64,000 nt of DNA from a virus. Positions 25,634 through 36,227 of this stretch are shown here, in pieces (position 1 is the first letter of the stretch; each line of letters opens with the position of its first letter). The DNA is taken from IMG/VR virus record IMGVR_UViG_3300044609_000595, positions 46,320 through 110,319 of that record, one strand, 5' to 3'. The notes under the pieces were generated by a model, which searched no databases, was not told the origin of the DNA, and worked only from the letters and a program-made list of their open reading frames with translations. A program made the translations under genes and the position numbers.

Positions 25634-28600
25634 ATGGCTCTTACAAGACTTGATAATCTTTACTCAAGTAAAACTGGCAGATATTTATATGTTTCACCAG
25701 ATGATTTTAATGCTACTGATGAATTAGACAATCGAGGAAATTCTCCTCTACGTCCATTTAAAACAATCCAGAGAGCCTTTATCGAAGTAGCTCGTTATTC
25801 ATACCTCCCAGGTAGAAATAACGATAGATTTGACCAGTTCAGCATCATGTTGATGCCTGGTAATCACTATATCGACAACCGCCCAGGTGTAGTTGGTGTT
25901 ACTAACACAGAACCAAGATATCTTGACGGTGCTAATTTAATCGAAGCAAACCGCCAAGAAATTATTGACAGAGCATTTGCTGAAATTGCTGTTGAATATG
26001 ACGAATCTCTTTGGGGAACTGATTGGGTAGTTCCTGGGGATCCCATCAACAGCGATTTAAACAGAGGATTCGATTCATATAGATTAATCCAAAAAAATCG
26101 TTTAGACATTATTGATGAAGCCTTCAACACAATGTTGGCTTTTAATCCAGGATTTGAAGTTCCTAATGGTGATGCAAAATGTAAGAGAGATATTGGATAT
26201 TTTGTTGATGCCGTATCTTTAGACATCCTTTTGGGTGGCAGTAACAAGTATACTCGCAAGTTTATTCAAAATTATTTTAATTCCACTGGCACTGCTTGGC
26301 TTTCCAACACGTTACAAGGTGAGCAAACGCAATCAATTCAAGCATTTAATGCTGCCAGAGATTTGATGAATGAAGCTGTAACCAATCAGCTAGATTACAA
26401 AGATTTAACTCTTACTGCAGATCCCCTAGTTGGTTCTAATGTAAATATAAATTCTTGTGCAAACATCAGATCTGCTATTACTTCTCTCACTACATTAGTT
26501 ACTGATAGAATTACTGCAAATTCTCTAAATGGTCTTCCTGCAGAAACCCCAGGCATCTTAATCGGTCCAGGTCAATCAATTTGCCAACGTGATATTGGCT
26601 ATATTGTTGATGCTGTTGTTGCTGACCTTAAAACTGGTGGAAATAGCAATTCAGTTCAAGCTGCTAGATCATATTTTGATAGAAATGGTGATCCAATTGC
26701 CAATGGTTTGATTGGAGAAGAATCTCAATCAATTATTGCATTCGATGCAGCTAAAGTTATGATGAAAAAGGCTGTAACCAACCAGCTGTATTCTAAAGAT
26801 TTAACTTTGCTAGAAGGTCCTTCTATTGCAAACGCTTCCACAGAGATTCAACCAATTCTTCCTTCTGGCAATGAATTAAGCTGTGTTGATGTTCAAAATA
26901 GCATCGAAACTCTAATTGCTATTATCACTAGTGTAATTGCTGATGGTAATTTAACCAGTCTAGCTGATATTCAAATTACTGGTGATATTCCTGTATTTAA
27001 TTACAATCAAGCTTTAGAAGAGTGGAATGACAACAGCATTCTAGATCTTTCTAACCCAGATAACGTTCTCTACAAATTTAACGCTGCCACTGGCGGTGCT
27101 ATCGTGCCCAGAGGCTGCTCTCTAATCGGCTACGACCTGCGTAGAACTATTGTACGACCTCTTTATGTACCTGATCCTGCAGACGGCACACAGGCCCGTA
27201 CATCGATCTTTAACCTAACTGGTGGTTGCTACATTTGGCAGTTTACAATTAAGGATGGTGATCTTTCTGCTAATTCTCCTTTGTTTGATGAAACAAATGG
27301 TGTAGGTAAAGTATATTTCCAAAAAGGAAATACAGTAAATCTTGCGATACCTGAGTATTCGCACCATAAGATTACTATCATGACTTATGCTGATAGTGAT
27401 GATTTAACAGATTATTACACTAAAATTGGCAGGGCGTTTGCTAAATTCCAGCCATCTATTGATAATGCTGGAGAATTTGATGCTCTAGTACAAGAAAATA
27501 GAATTGTAGGACCTTTATCAGATACTAGAAGAATTGACAGCATTCAAGTGTTTGATTCTTCTCCAGCAGGAACCTTAACTCTTCGTGTAACCACTAAGAT
27601 TGACCATGGTTACTTTGTAGACCAATATGTTGCTATTTTAAATACTGGATTAGATGAAGCTATCAACGGTACAGTAAAAGTTACTGCAATTGACAATAGC
27701 AATCCTAGAGTATTTGAATACGAAATTAATGCAACTACTGCTGCTCTTGGATTAGTTAGCGGTCAAATTTATACTGCTGCTAGCGGTCTTAGTACCAATG
27801 CAGTTTCTCAAGCAGAAATTGACTCAGTAGAATCTGCTTCTCCATATGTATTCAACTGCTCAATTCGCTCCACCTGGGGTATTTGTGGCATGTGGGCGGA
27901 TGGATCTAAAGCAACTGGATTCAAGTCGATGGTTGTTGCCCAGTATACTGGTGTTTCACTACAGAGAGATGACAGAGCATTTATTCGTTATGATAGATTT
28001 ACCAATACTTGGAATCAAGCATCACTGACTGATGCGTTTGCTACTGTAGCTTATCACACCAAGGGCGATGCTTACTGGAAGGATGACTGGAGAAACTTCC
28101 ACATTCGTGCTTCTGACGATTCCTTCATTCAGTGTGTTTCGGTCTTTGCTGTAGGATTCTTTGATCACTTCTTAATGGAATCTGGTGGTGACATGTCCAT
28201 CACCAACTCCAACTCCAACTTCGGTAATACTTCACTTCACGCTGTAGGATTTAAAGGATTCTCGTTCAATCAGGATAAAGGTGGTTATATCACTGATATT
28301 ATCCCACCAAGAACTATTAATAGTTCACCAAGCAACGAAGAAAAAATACAGTATTATACGCTTGATATTCAAGCATCTAATGCACAAAACAATCATACCA
28401 GACTTTATATTGGTTCAGATGATGCTACCGATCCAGCAGATCGCCCAGCAGCAACAGTAAGTGGTTACAGAATTGGTGCCAGAAGTAATGAAAAACTTTA
28501 TGTAAAATTAGATGATGGAACATATAATGTTACCCTTGAACCAAATGGTTTTGTTTCTTATAAAGCATCGCTAGAAACTCTAAACCCAGCTGGTATTCAA

Positions 28601-31600
28601 ATTGATAACGTAGCTCAAGACGCTGCTAATAGAATTGAAGATAACAAAACATTAATTCAAAACGAAGCTTACAATTATATCATTGCTAAGTATCCATATC
28701 TACTAACCAGACAAAGCATCACAATTGCTAAATGTGAAAGAGACATCGGCTATTTTGTTGATGCTGTAGTACAAGATCTTAGACTTGGTGGTAATGTAAA
28801 CACCATTCAAGCTGCCGAAGGTTATTACGTTGGTGGTTCTTTAGCCTACATTAATAGTGAATTAGACGAAACTATCGAAGCTCTTGATTATGTCAAGAAC
28901 ATGTGTATCGCAGCAATGCGTAACTTTGATGTTCTTATTAGAAATTGTGAGACAGAAGCTGGTTCTGCGATTGTAAATGTTGGTGATACAACAGGTCTTC
29001 TGGTTGGTATGTCAGTTGCTGAATACAATCCATCAGCATTTGTCAATAATAAACTGACTAGTGGGATTTCCCCAATCACTTCTAATATTCCAACAAATAC
29101 TTACATTAAGAGAATTCTTGATGATCAAAGAATTGAATTAGGAGAATCTTCTTCCAAATTAACCGCTGGCAATACAATTGATGCTCAGCAATCATCATCA
29201 ACTGCATACCTCTATTTTGATTATCAATTCGGTGCATGGTCTAGCCTACAACCAACCAAAGATGATAGCTTAATTCAAGATACCAATTATCCAGAATGTG
29301 CTGATATTGCAACTACGATTTCACAATATTTTAGTGACATATTTGTTGTAATAAATCAAGGATTAACTCCTCTTGGTGGCAGAGAAATTGATGCACATAA
29401 CTTAATTTTAGCAAACAAAGAATTGATTGCTGAAGTTGCTGTTGACAGAATGTTAACAAATTATCCTGGTTTTGTTATTCCAAACGGAAATCAAAACTGT
29501 GTGGATGATATTATTGATGTTATGGAAGCAATTGCTTTTAACGTCAAATATGGTGGTAATAATAAAGTATATGAAGCTGGCGAAATTTATATCAGTGGAC
29601 AGCATGTTGAAGGAGAGGAAGATCAAGCAGTTTATGCATTCTTGCAGGCTAAAGACATTGCCATTCAAGTAATGAGAAATGAACCAGTAACTATTACTGG
29701 TTCAACTAGAACTCAATTTATTGATTCTACTATTGTAGTAGATCCACAATCACCAACTTGTGCAAATATTGCTTCTGCAATTACGAACTTAACTTCTATT
29801 ATTACACAATCTATTGGCACATCAACAGTTTCTGGTAGCTTAGTTGGAATTACTAAATCAATTCCAACTATCACATCAGTAAATAAAATTGAACCAATTA
29901 TTGATTTTAATGGTCTTTCTAAGAGAGCAACATTATTCACAATTAACACTGGGGAAGCAACTTCCAACCCACACCAATTTGAAACTGGAACTCCAGTTAA
30001 ACTTATTCCTAAGGCAAAAGAAGGAACTAATCCAGATAAGAGAGTTATTCGTCTACCAAAAGGATTTAGCACCAACACCAAGTATTATGTAATTGCTCCT
30101 GGTAGATTTACTCAGCCAGAAGATTACTCTGGCACCACATATTTTGATGGCTCGGATCAGACCAAATTGATGCTGGCTGCTACAAAAGAGAATGCTGCTG
30201 CTGGTATCTTTATTTACTCACCAGAAACAGATTCTGTAGATCCTGATGTAGAAATTGAAGTTCAAAGATACATTCTTGACAATACATATGATCTACACAA
30301 ATACAGATGTAATGTTGCTGGTGCTGGAGAAATTGAAACTGACGTTGCACATATCTTTGATCTTCCTAGCAATTCAGTAACTCCTCAGCTAGTATTCTTC
30401 CGTGTTGCAAATGATATTCTTGGTTCCGATCTTCCAGAAATCGCTGGTGCAGGAACTATCAATACACAAACATATTATTATGCTAGATTTATCTCACCAA
30501 AGAAATTTAGTATTCACACAACATTTGCTGATGCAATTGCTGGAGTAAATGCGGTTTCGTTTGTTCCTGGTAGTGGGCAGAACTTCTATGTATTTGCTAA
30601 CAAGCGTACCAGCCCACTAAGATTTGAAGCTGCTCCTAGAGATGAAGATGGACTATTACTGAATACCAGTGGTCTTTGGTACTTACAAGTTAAAGATGAA
30701 ACATCAAGCAATCCAAATACAGAAAGCATTCTGTATCGTTTCAAGGATATTGCTGCTTACGGTCCTGGTTCTGGCAAAATAAGAACACTTGATACTTGGT
30801 TTACTAGATTACAAGATACCAGAGGTAAAGAAGATCGTGTTTATAGATTACGTTATGTAATTCCTAAGTATCTTGAAACTGTTCGTGATCCTCTCAACGG
30901 TTTTGTTATCAAAGTTCGTACAGACGATAAGAGACGTTTAGTTCCACAAAAATTTGTACTTAAGCCAATTGGCGGTGCTCCATCTGTAGCTAGATTTGAC
31001 AACCCAGAACAGATTGGCGAAAGAATTGGCTATACCAAAACTGAACTTCTCGAAGATTATGGTATTGCTAATCCTACTTACGATCCATACTTAGCACCTA
31101 AAGTAATTGGTAGCGAAAGAACTCAGAGTAAGATTGCCTTTACAATTCAGTCTGCTAGAAAAATTGAAGATGAAAGTACAGAATATCTAGAAATCACCGC
31201 ATTTGATCATGCTATCACGAATGAAGGACTGAAAAATGAAATTTTCAGTGTTGTTGAAATTAATTTCCCTCAGGGTGGAACATTCTCGGTTAATAATGTT
31301 GGCGCTGGATTATCAAATCTAGTAACCTGGAATGGCTTCTCTAGTGGAAGTGGTTATATCCAAGGATATTTCGAAGAAAATAATAATTATTATCTAGTAA
31401 TCAAAAATATCACTGGTCAGATTAAATATAGCAGCATTGTTTCTACTAGATTTACTCAGGGTGATGTATTTGCTGATCTAATGGCTAAACCCAATAGCAT
31501 GGGTGATCCGAATGGCAAGGATAAGTCTGATCGCAGAGATTATCTGTACAGAATTGAAGGAGCCAATGTTTATACTTTAGTTCCAGGAGATATTATTACT

Positions 31601-34600
31601 GATGATGCTAATAATCAGTATAGAATTGAAAATGTTCGTGACGCTGGAAATCTTGAAGATAGTTTCTACATCTTCGACATCGACACAATTCAAGAGAGAA
31701 TTGCTGGTCAACAAGATGGTATTTACTATCTAACTTGCCTTCGTGGTAACATTTCTCCATTCCCAACTGGAGCTGGTGTTGGTACAAACTTCAGAAACTT
31801 TAAGTTCTCGCAGCCAATTTCACAACTATATCCACAGAATTATAAGAATGATCCTACGTGGTTCAAGCAAGTTAATTCTGTATACAATGATCCCCCTGCA
31901 TCTATTGCTGCAGCAGACAACTATATTCATGGTTTAGTTACTATCAACGATGCTAAAAATAGCGAAACTAAAGAATTGGTTCAGGATTTAATTCTGCAGC
32001 CAGCATTAACTAATTTCACTTTTGTTAAGGCAGAATCTTTAAGTTCCGCAACTTTAAATCCAGTTGGTGGTTCTAATATCATCGAAGCTCAGGAAGGTAA
32101 TGCTACTTCTGGTTCGGAAGATAGATACATTCCTATTGCTGGTGATTCTGATTTCCCAACCGAAGGAAAACTTTATGTAGAACTACGTAGACCTTCTATT
32201 GCACGTTCGGGCAACCATACATTTGAATACCTAGGTTTCGGTCCTGGTAACTACTCAACTGGCTTCCCACTTCGCCAGGAAGTTGTTCTTGCCGATGTTC
32301 AAGACTTCTATGCTCAGTCTAAGAGAGAAGACGGTGGTATCGTATTCTATACTGGTCTAAACTCCAACGGCGATCTTTACATTGGCAACAGAAAAGTCAA
32401 CGCTATTACTGGCGAAGAAACTTTCCTTGAAAGAGCAGTTCTAGAAGAATCTGCTGATGACGGTGGAGATGATTTGGGTGGTCTAGTTACAACCTTCGAC
32501 ACTCCTGTAACATTTAATGATAGAATTACTGTTGAAGGTAATGCTAATTTTAACAATCCTGTAGAGATTAGTGTTGCTGCAAACGAAGGAACTCCTCTTA
32601 GAATCTTCAGTGTAGTTAATGCTGATCTTGGCGATGATATTACATTAGGAAGAGCACAATTCCCTCAATCTAATGATGGTGACATTACTCTAGGTAAGAA
32701 TAGAATTAATGCTGCAGTATATGGAATTACTCCAAGACAAGTTCTTGGTTTAGATGGTCAAGCATATTCTATTAGAACTCACTTTGTAAATGGTCTTGGA
32801 CCATCGAATACAACTCCAGATCAAAATGCAACATTCAGTTCTCTGCAGGCAGTATCCTATAGTTCTACTCAAAATCCAAAGCCAGGTGATATTTTACTAA
32901 AAGGCAGTGAAGTAGGACGTTCAGGTTCACTTGGTTGGATATATGCCAACTATTATGCTGAAATTGCTGATGCCAGCATTCAAACAATTGTTAGTGATGG
33001 CATTCGCATGACAATTGAATGGGCTCCTGGCATAACAAATGCTGATGTTAACGTCATTGCAGGTGCTCAGCTAAGAATTACAAACTTCGGCACGAATCCA
33101 AATCTTAACGGCATTTGGACTGTTCTTTCTAATGGATTTAGTTCCAGTGGTACTTCATGCCAAATTCAAATTATTATAACTCCAGCAGTTGGTGTTCTTT
33201 ATACTTGGTCTACCGTTCCTGGTGCCAAGATGGAAGTTGCCCGCTCCAATTGGAAGGAAACTGGACTACTTGGTGCAGAAGCACTCAGAACTGAGACAGA
33301 AACCTGGGGCGATTATAAGTTAGGTATCAACACTCTTTCTAGAGCTTCTGATCTTGCTTACTTGAATGGATTTGTTCAAACTCAAACACAACCAAGAGCT
33401 AATCTTGATGTTGTTGGTGATGCATTTATTAGCGGTACAAATACTGCAATTACTGTAACAAATACAGGAAATCAAGTTAAGACTACAACTAAACTAGATA
33501 ATGCTTTCTTAGTTGGTGGAAATAGTGCTTCTCCAAACCAAGCTGCAACACTAAGAGTTGCAACTATTGATATCCCATCTGGTAGTAGAGCAACAACTAC
33601 TTATAGAGACGGTGGAAGATTTGGTATTAATACAACAATTAATACTAATGCATCAACTGATCTAGATAGAAACTTAGTTGTTGTTGGTGATGGTAGAATT
33701 ACAGGCAATCTGTTAATTCAAGATGATATTAGTGTAAACGGTGGAGATATTAACACCACTAACAATGTATTCAATTTTGTTAACAATAATGCTACTATAT
33801 TGAATATTGCTGGTAGCGGTGAAATCTTTAGCATTGGTAATAATGCTGCTGGCTCACAAAATGTTAATATTGGCAATAATGCTTCATCTCAAGTAATTGA
33901 AATTGGTGGCAATGCAACAATTACCAGACTTGGTATTCACAAAAATTCTCTTGACGCTAGCGTTGATATTGCCTCTGTAAATGATAATGCTGCTAACAAG
34001 GCAAACATCGTTATTGGTGGTGCCTGGGGCAATCTGAACAGCCAAACAACAATTGGTACATTCCAAACCAAGGTTGCTGGTCAACTTGAAATTGGTACTA
34101 AGTATGCTCCAGGAACAAGCACTGCTAGATTGTTCACTCAAGCAAGAACAGTAAATCTATTTGATGGAGACCAAACAACTACAGTTAACTTTGGTCCAAA
34201 CGCTACCAAGATGTCAATTGGTTCTGTTGGTGGTAATACTTACATCAGAAACACTCTCAATGTTGATGCTAGCACAATTCTTAATTCTGAATTGAGACTA
34301 TCTGGTGGTCTCAAGTCTGGCATCATTCAAATTCAAAGAGGAAGATTCTCTACAACTCCAGCTGCTCATGTTGTTGGTAGCCTAGAGAATCCAAATATTG
34401 ATTTCTATAGATACGAAACATTAGGTAGAAAAATTGATACTGCTGGTGAAACTTTATGGGGTGGTCCAGCATTCTTGATTGCTGGTGGTCAAATTGCAGG
34501 AATTGATACTATTGGTGCCGTAAGTCCATCCAGATTACCAGGAACATATACTTTTATTGCTCCAACGGGTGGAACTGGCACTGGCGCTACTTTCAACATT

Positions 34601-36226
34601 ACAATTACAATTGTAGGCGAAATTAGTATTGAATTAGTAAGTGCTGGTACTGGATACAGCGATAATGATGTTTTAACTGTAACAGATAATTTACTCGGTG
34701 GTGGTGGAGCGCCTGCTCTAACATTCCAAGTAAACGGAGTAAATGCTGCTGGTTCTAATTTCTACTTACCAATCACTGTACCAGCTACAACCGATTTTGC
34801 AATTGGTGATCTACTGTTAATTGACAGAGGAAATGCTATTTCTCCAGATGCTGTTGGTGATGGTAGTGGTGGTCAAATCACTGGATTGAGAAATCAAGCC
34901 TACAGTGAAATTGTTCGTGTGGTTGGTTTAACAAACGTTAGCAATCCTTCTGATATAAATGGCTACCGAATTGAAGTTGTTCGTGCTCAAGAAGGAACTC
35001 AAGCAAGAACAGATCACCCAGATGCTTGTGTAATTGCTAAGCTTAATAAGCAAGCAAATGCTAGCTTTATTACTGGATCTGATCTTGATGGTAACGGTGT
35101 ATTAGAATTCCCACCAAATGGTATTACCGCAAATGGTAATAATGTAAACATTGGAGTTGCTGAATTTGGTGGTGTTATTACAACCAATGATTTCTTCCGC
35201 TTGAGTGATTCAGAAATTGTTAAAGTTGCCCAAGTTGTTAGCACCGAAATTCAATCATTAATTATTACTGATGGTGGTGTACCAGAATCCGAAGTATTTA
35301 AAGTTGAATCTACAACTGGTAATACTAAGCTACTAGGAAACCTATCTGTTGGTTTTGGATTCAATAAGTTAACGGTAGACGGAAGCACTGGCAATACTAA
35401 TATTGCTGGAACTCTTACCTCTAATGGCACTCTAACTCTTCGTGGTTCTACCGTAGTTAATAACCAATTCTTTACTATCACAAATGGTGGAGCTACTGGA
35501 GTTACTGAAAGAACTACATTCCAAATTGATAGTGCTAATGGCAATCTAACTCTAAATGGTGGTTCGATTAACATCTACGGTACAGATGGAACTACTCCAA
35601 GACTTACATTCAATAATTCTTCTGGTGATTTTACAACTTATGGTTCGTTCTCTGCTCTTGGCACAGGAACCAGCACATTTGGCGGAGGAATTCTTGTTCA
35701 AGGAGATGCCACTATCAATGGTGGAGATCTAACTGTAAATTCTGGAGGAGCTTTATCATTCAAGGTAAGCAATGATAGATCAGTTACTTTAGCTGGCATT
35801 CCTTACTTCTACAACCAAAATGGTGGTAGAAAGTGGATTTATACCGATGAAAGCGTAATTGATGCTACATCAAATATTAATATCTTTGTTAATGCTCTAA
35901 GCAATACCTTAATTAAGCTACCAAGTAATCCTAGAATGGGTGATATGATTAGAATTGTTGATGTTGGAGGAAACCTCAACAACATTAATAGCCTTGTCGT
36001 TAGAGCACCTGATGGCATTCGTGTACAAGGAACGTTAACAAATACAGCAAGAACTCTTCTTACTGGAGTTGGCTCCTCAACTACCTTTATAAATTATAAT
36101 GGAGGCGAATTAGTTGTTCAAACTCCATTTGCTGGATTTGCCTTGGTTTACCTATCCCAAGCTAATCCCGATGGAACTGCTGGCGGTCCTTCATCTAAGG
36201 TAGGTTGGTATTTAACCGAAGTATAA
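25634..36226 (+). CDS. Giant virion structural / fibre-like protein (3530 aa) with phycobiliprotein-like repeats
   Basis: Late promoter; N-terminus MALTRLDNL..KTGRYLYV.P.DF.ATD...N.GNS..RPFKTIQRA typical of cyanomyovirus giant structural proteins; beta-rich C-terminal half ending GW.L.EV. Confidence 0.85.
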   Translation: MALTRLDNLYSSKTGRYLYVSPDDFNATDELDNRGNSPLRPFKTIQRAFIEVARYSYLPGRNNDRFDQFSIMLMPGNHYIDNRPGVVGVTNTEPRYLDGANLIEANRQEIIDRAFAEIAVEYDESLWGTDWVVPGDPINSDLNRGFDSYRLIQKNRLDIIDEAFNTMLAFNPGFEVPNGDAKCKRDIGYFVDAVSLDILLGGSNKYTRKFIQNYFNSTGTAWLSNTLQGEQTQSIQAFNAARDLMNEAVTNQLDYKDLTLTADPLVGSNVNINSCANIRSAITSLTTLVTDRITANSLNGLPAETPGILIGPGQSICQRDIGYIVDAVVADLKTGGNSNSVQAARSYFDRNGDPIANGLIGEESQSIIAFDAAKVMMKKAVTNQLYSKDLTLLEGPSIANASTEIQPILPSGNELSCVDVQNSIETLIAIITSVIADGNLTSLADIQITGDIPVFNYNQALEEWNDNSILDLSNPDNVLYKFNAATGGAIVPRGCSLIGYDLRRTIVRPLYVPDPADGTQARTSIFNLTGGCYIWQFTIKDGDLSANSPLFDETNGVGKVYFQKGNTVNLAIPEYSHHKITIMTYADSDDLTDYYTKIGRAFAKFQPSIDNAGEFDALVQENRIVGPLSDTRRIDSIQVFDSSPAGTLTLRVTTKIDHGYFVDQYVAILNTGLDEAINGTVKVTAIDNSNPRVFEYEINATTAALGLVSGQIYTAASGLSTNAVSQAEIDSVESASPYVFNCSIRSTWGICGMWADGSKATGFKSMVVAQYTGVSLQRDDRAFIRYDRFTNTWNQASLTDAFATVAYHTKGDAYWKDDWRNFHIRASDDSFIQCVSVFAVGFFDHFLMESGGDMSITNSNSNFGNTSLHAVGFKGFSFNQDKGGYITDIIPPRTINSSPSNEEKIQYYTLDIQASNAQNNHTRLYIGSDDATDPADRPAATVSGYRIGARSNEKLYVKLDDGTYNVTLEPNGFVSYKASLETLNPAGIQIDNVAQDAANRIEDNKTLIQNEAYNYIIAKYPYLLTRQSITIAKCERDIGYFVDAVVQDLRLGGNVNTIQAAEGYYVGGSLAYINSELDETIEALDYVKNMCIAAMRNFDVLIRNCETEAGSAIVNVGDTTGLLVGMSVAEYNPSAFVNNKLTSGISPITSNIPTNTYIKRILDDQRIELGESSSKLTAGNTIDAQQSSSTAYLYFDYQFGAWSSLQPTKDDSLIQDTNYPECADIATTISQYFSDIFVVINQGLTPLGGREIDAHNLILANKELIAEVAVDRMLTNYPGFVIPNGNQNCVDDIIDVMEAIAFNVKYGGNNKVYEAGEIYISGQHVEGEEDQAVYAFLQAKDIAIQVMRNEPVTITGSTRTQFIDSTIVVDPQSPTCANIASAITNLTSIITQSIGTSTVSGSLVGITKSIPTITSVNKIEPIIDFNGLSKRATLFTINTGEATSNPHQFETGTPVKLIPKAKEGTNPDKRVIRLPKGFSTNTKYYVIAPGRFTQPEDYSGTTYFDGSDQTKLMLAATKENAAAGIFIYSPETDSVDPDVEIEVQRYILDNTYDLHKYRCNVAGAGEIETDVAHIFDLPSNSVTPQLVFFRVANDILGSDLPEIAGAGTINTQTYYYARFISPKKFSIHTTFADAIAGVNAVSFVPGSGQNFYVFANKRTSPLRFEAAPRDEDGLLLNTSGLWYLQVKDETSSNPNTESILYRFKDIAAYGPGSGKIRTLDTWFTRLQDTRGKEDRVYRLRYVIPKYLETVRDPLNGFVIKVRTDDKRRLVPQKFVLKPIGGAPSVARFDNPEQIGERIGYTKTELLEDYGIANPTYDPYLAPKVIGSERTQSKIAFTIQSARKIEDESTEYLEITAFDHAITNEGLKNEIFSVVEINFPQGGTFSVNNVGAGLSNLVTWNGFSSGSGYIQGYFEENNNYYLVIKNITGQIKYSSIVSTRFTQGDVFADLMAKPNSMGDPNGKDKSDRRDYLYRIEGANVYTLVPGDIITDDANNQYRIENVRDAGNLEDSFYIFDIDTIQERIAGQQDGIYYLTCLRGNISPFPTGAGVGTNFRNFKFSQPISQLYPQNYKNDPTWFKQVNSVYNDPPASIAAADNYIHGLVTINDAKNSETKELVQDLILQPALTNFTFVKAESLSSATLNPVGGSNIIEAQEGNATSGSEDRYIPIAGDSDFPTEGKLYVELRRPSIARSGNHTFEYLGFGPGNYSTGFPLRQEVVLADVQDFYAQSKREDGGIVFYTGLNSNGDLYIGNRKVNAITGEETFLERAVLEESADDGGDDLGGLVTTFDTPVTFNDRITVEGNANFNNPVEISVAANEGTPLRIFSVVNADLGDDITLGRAQFPQSNDGDITLGKNRINAAVYGITPRQVLGLDGQAYSIRTHFVNGLGPSNTTPDQNATFSSLQAVSYSSTQNPKPGDILLKGSEVGRSGSLGWIYANYYAEIADASIQTIVSDGIRMTIEWAPGITNADVNVIAGAQLRITNFGTNPNLNGIWTVLSNGFSSSGTSCQIQIIITPAVGVLYTWSTVPGAKMEVARSNWKETGLLGAEALRTETETWGDYKLGINTLSRASDLAYLNGFVQTQTQPRANLDVVGDAFISGTNTAITVTNTGNQVKTTTKLDNAFLVGGNSASPNQAATLRVATIDIPSGSRATTTYRDGGRFGINTTINTNASTDLDRNLVVVGDGRITGNLLIQDDISVNGGDINTTNNVFNFVNNNATILNIAGSGEIFSIGNNAAGSQNVNIGNNASSQVIEIGGNATITRLGIHKNSLDASVDIASVNDNAANKANIVIGGAWGNLNSQTTIGTFQTKVAGQLEIGTKYAPGTSTARLFTQARTVNLFDGDQTTTVNFGPNATKMSIGSVGGNTYIRNTLNVDASTILNSELRLSGGLKSGIIQIQRGRFSTTPAAHVVGSLENPNIDFYRYETLGRKIDTAGETLWGGPAFLIAGGQIAGIDTIGAVSPSRLPGTYTFIAPTGGTGTGATFNITITIVGEISIELVSAGTGYSDNDVLTVTDNLLGGGGAPALTFQVNGVNAAGSNFYLPITVPATTDFAIGDLLLIDRGNAISPDAVGDGSGGQITGLRNQAYSEIVRVVGLTNVSNPSDINGYRIEVVRAQEGTQARTDHPDACVIAKLNKQANASFITGSDLDGNGVLEFPPNGITANGNNVNIGVAEFGGVITTNDFFRLSDSEIVKVAQVVSTEIQSLIITDGGVPESEVFKVESTTGNTKLLGNLSVGFGFNKLTVDGSTGNTNIAGTLTSNGTLTLRGSTVVNNQFFTITNGGATGVTERTTFQIDSANGNLTLNGGSINIYGTDGTTPRLTFNNSSGDFTTYGSFSALGTGTSTFGGGILVQGDATINGGDLTVNSGGALSFKVSNDRSVTLAGIPYFYNQNGGRKWIYTDESVIDATSNINIFVNALSNTLIKLPSNPRMGDMIRIVDVGGNLNNINSLVVRAPDGIRVQGTLTNTARTLLTGVGSSTTFINYNGGELVVQTPFAGFALVYLSQANPDGTAGGPSSKVGWYLTEV
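25925..29816 (+). repeat. Four helical protein repeats (A 25925-26940 with B 26072-26512 nested inside, C 28619-29360, D 29390-29816)
   Basis: Shared pattern D...I..N...I...A...C.(R/D)DI...(V/M)(D/E)A......GG...E......A...............N...C.(N/D)(I/V)...I. Confidence 0.8.
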
Positions 36227-36227
36227 T

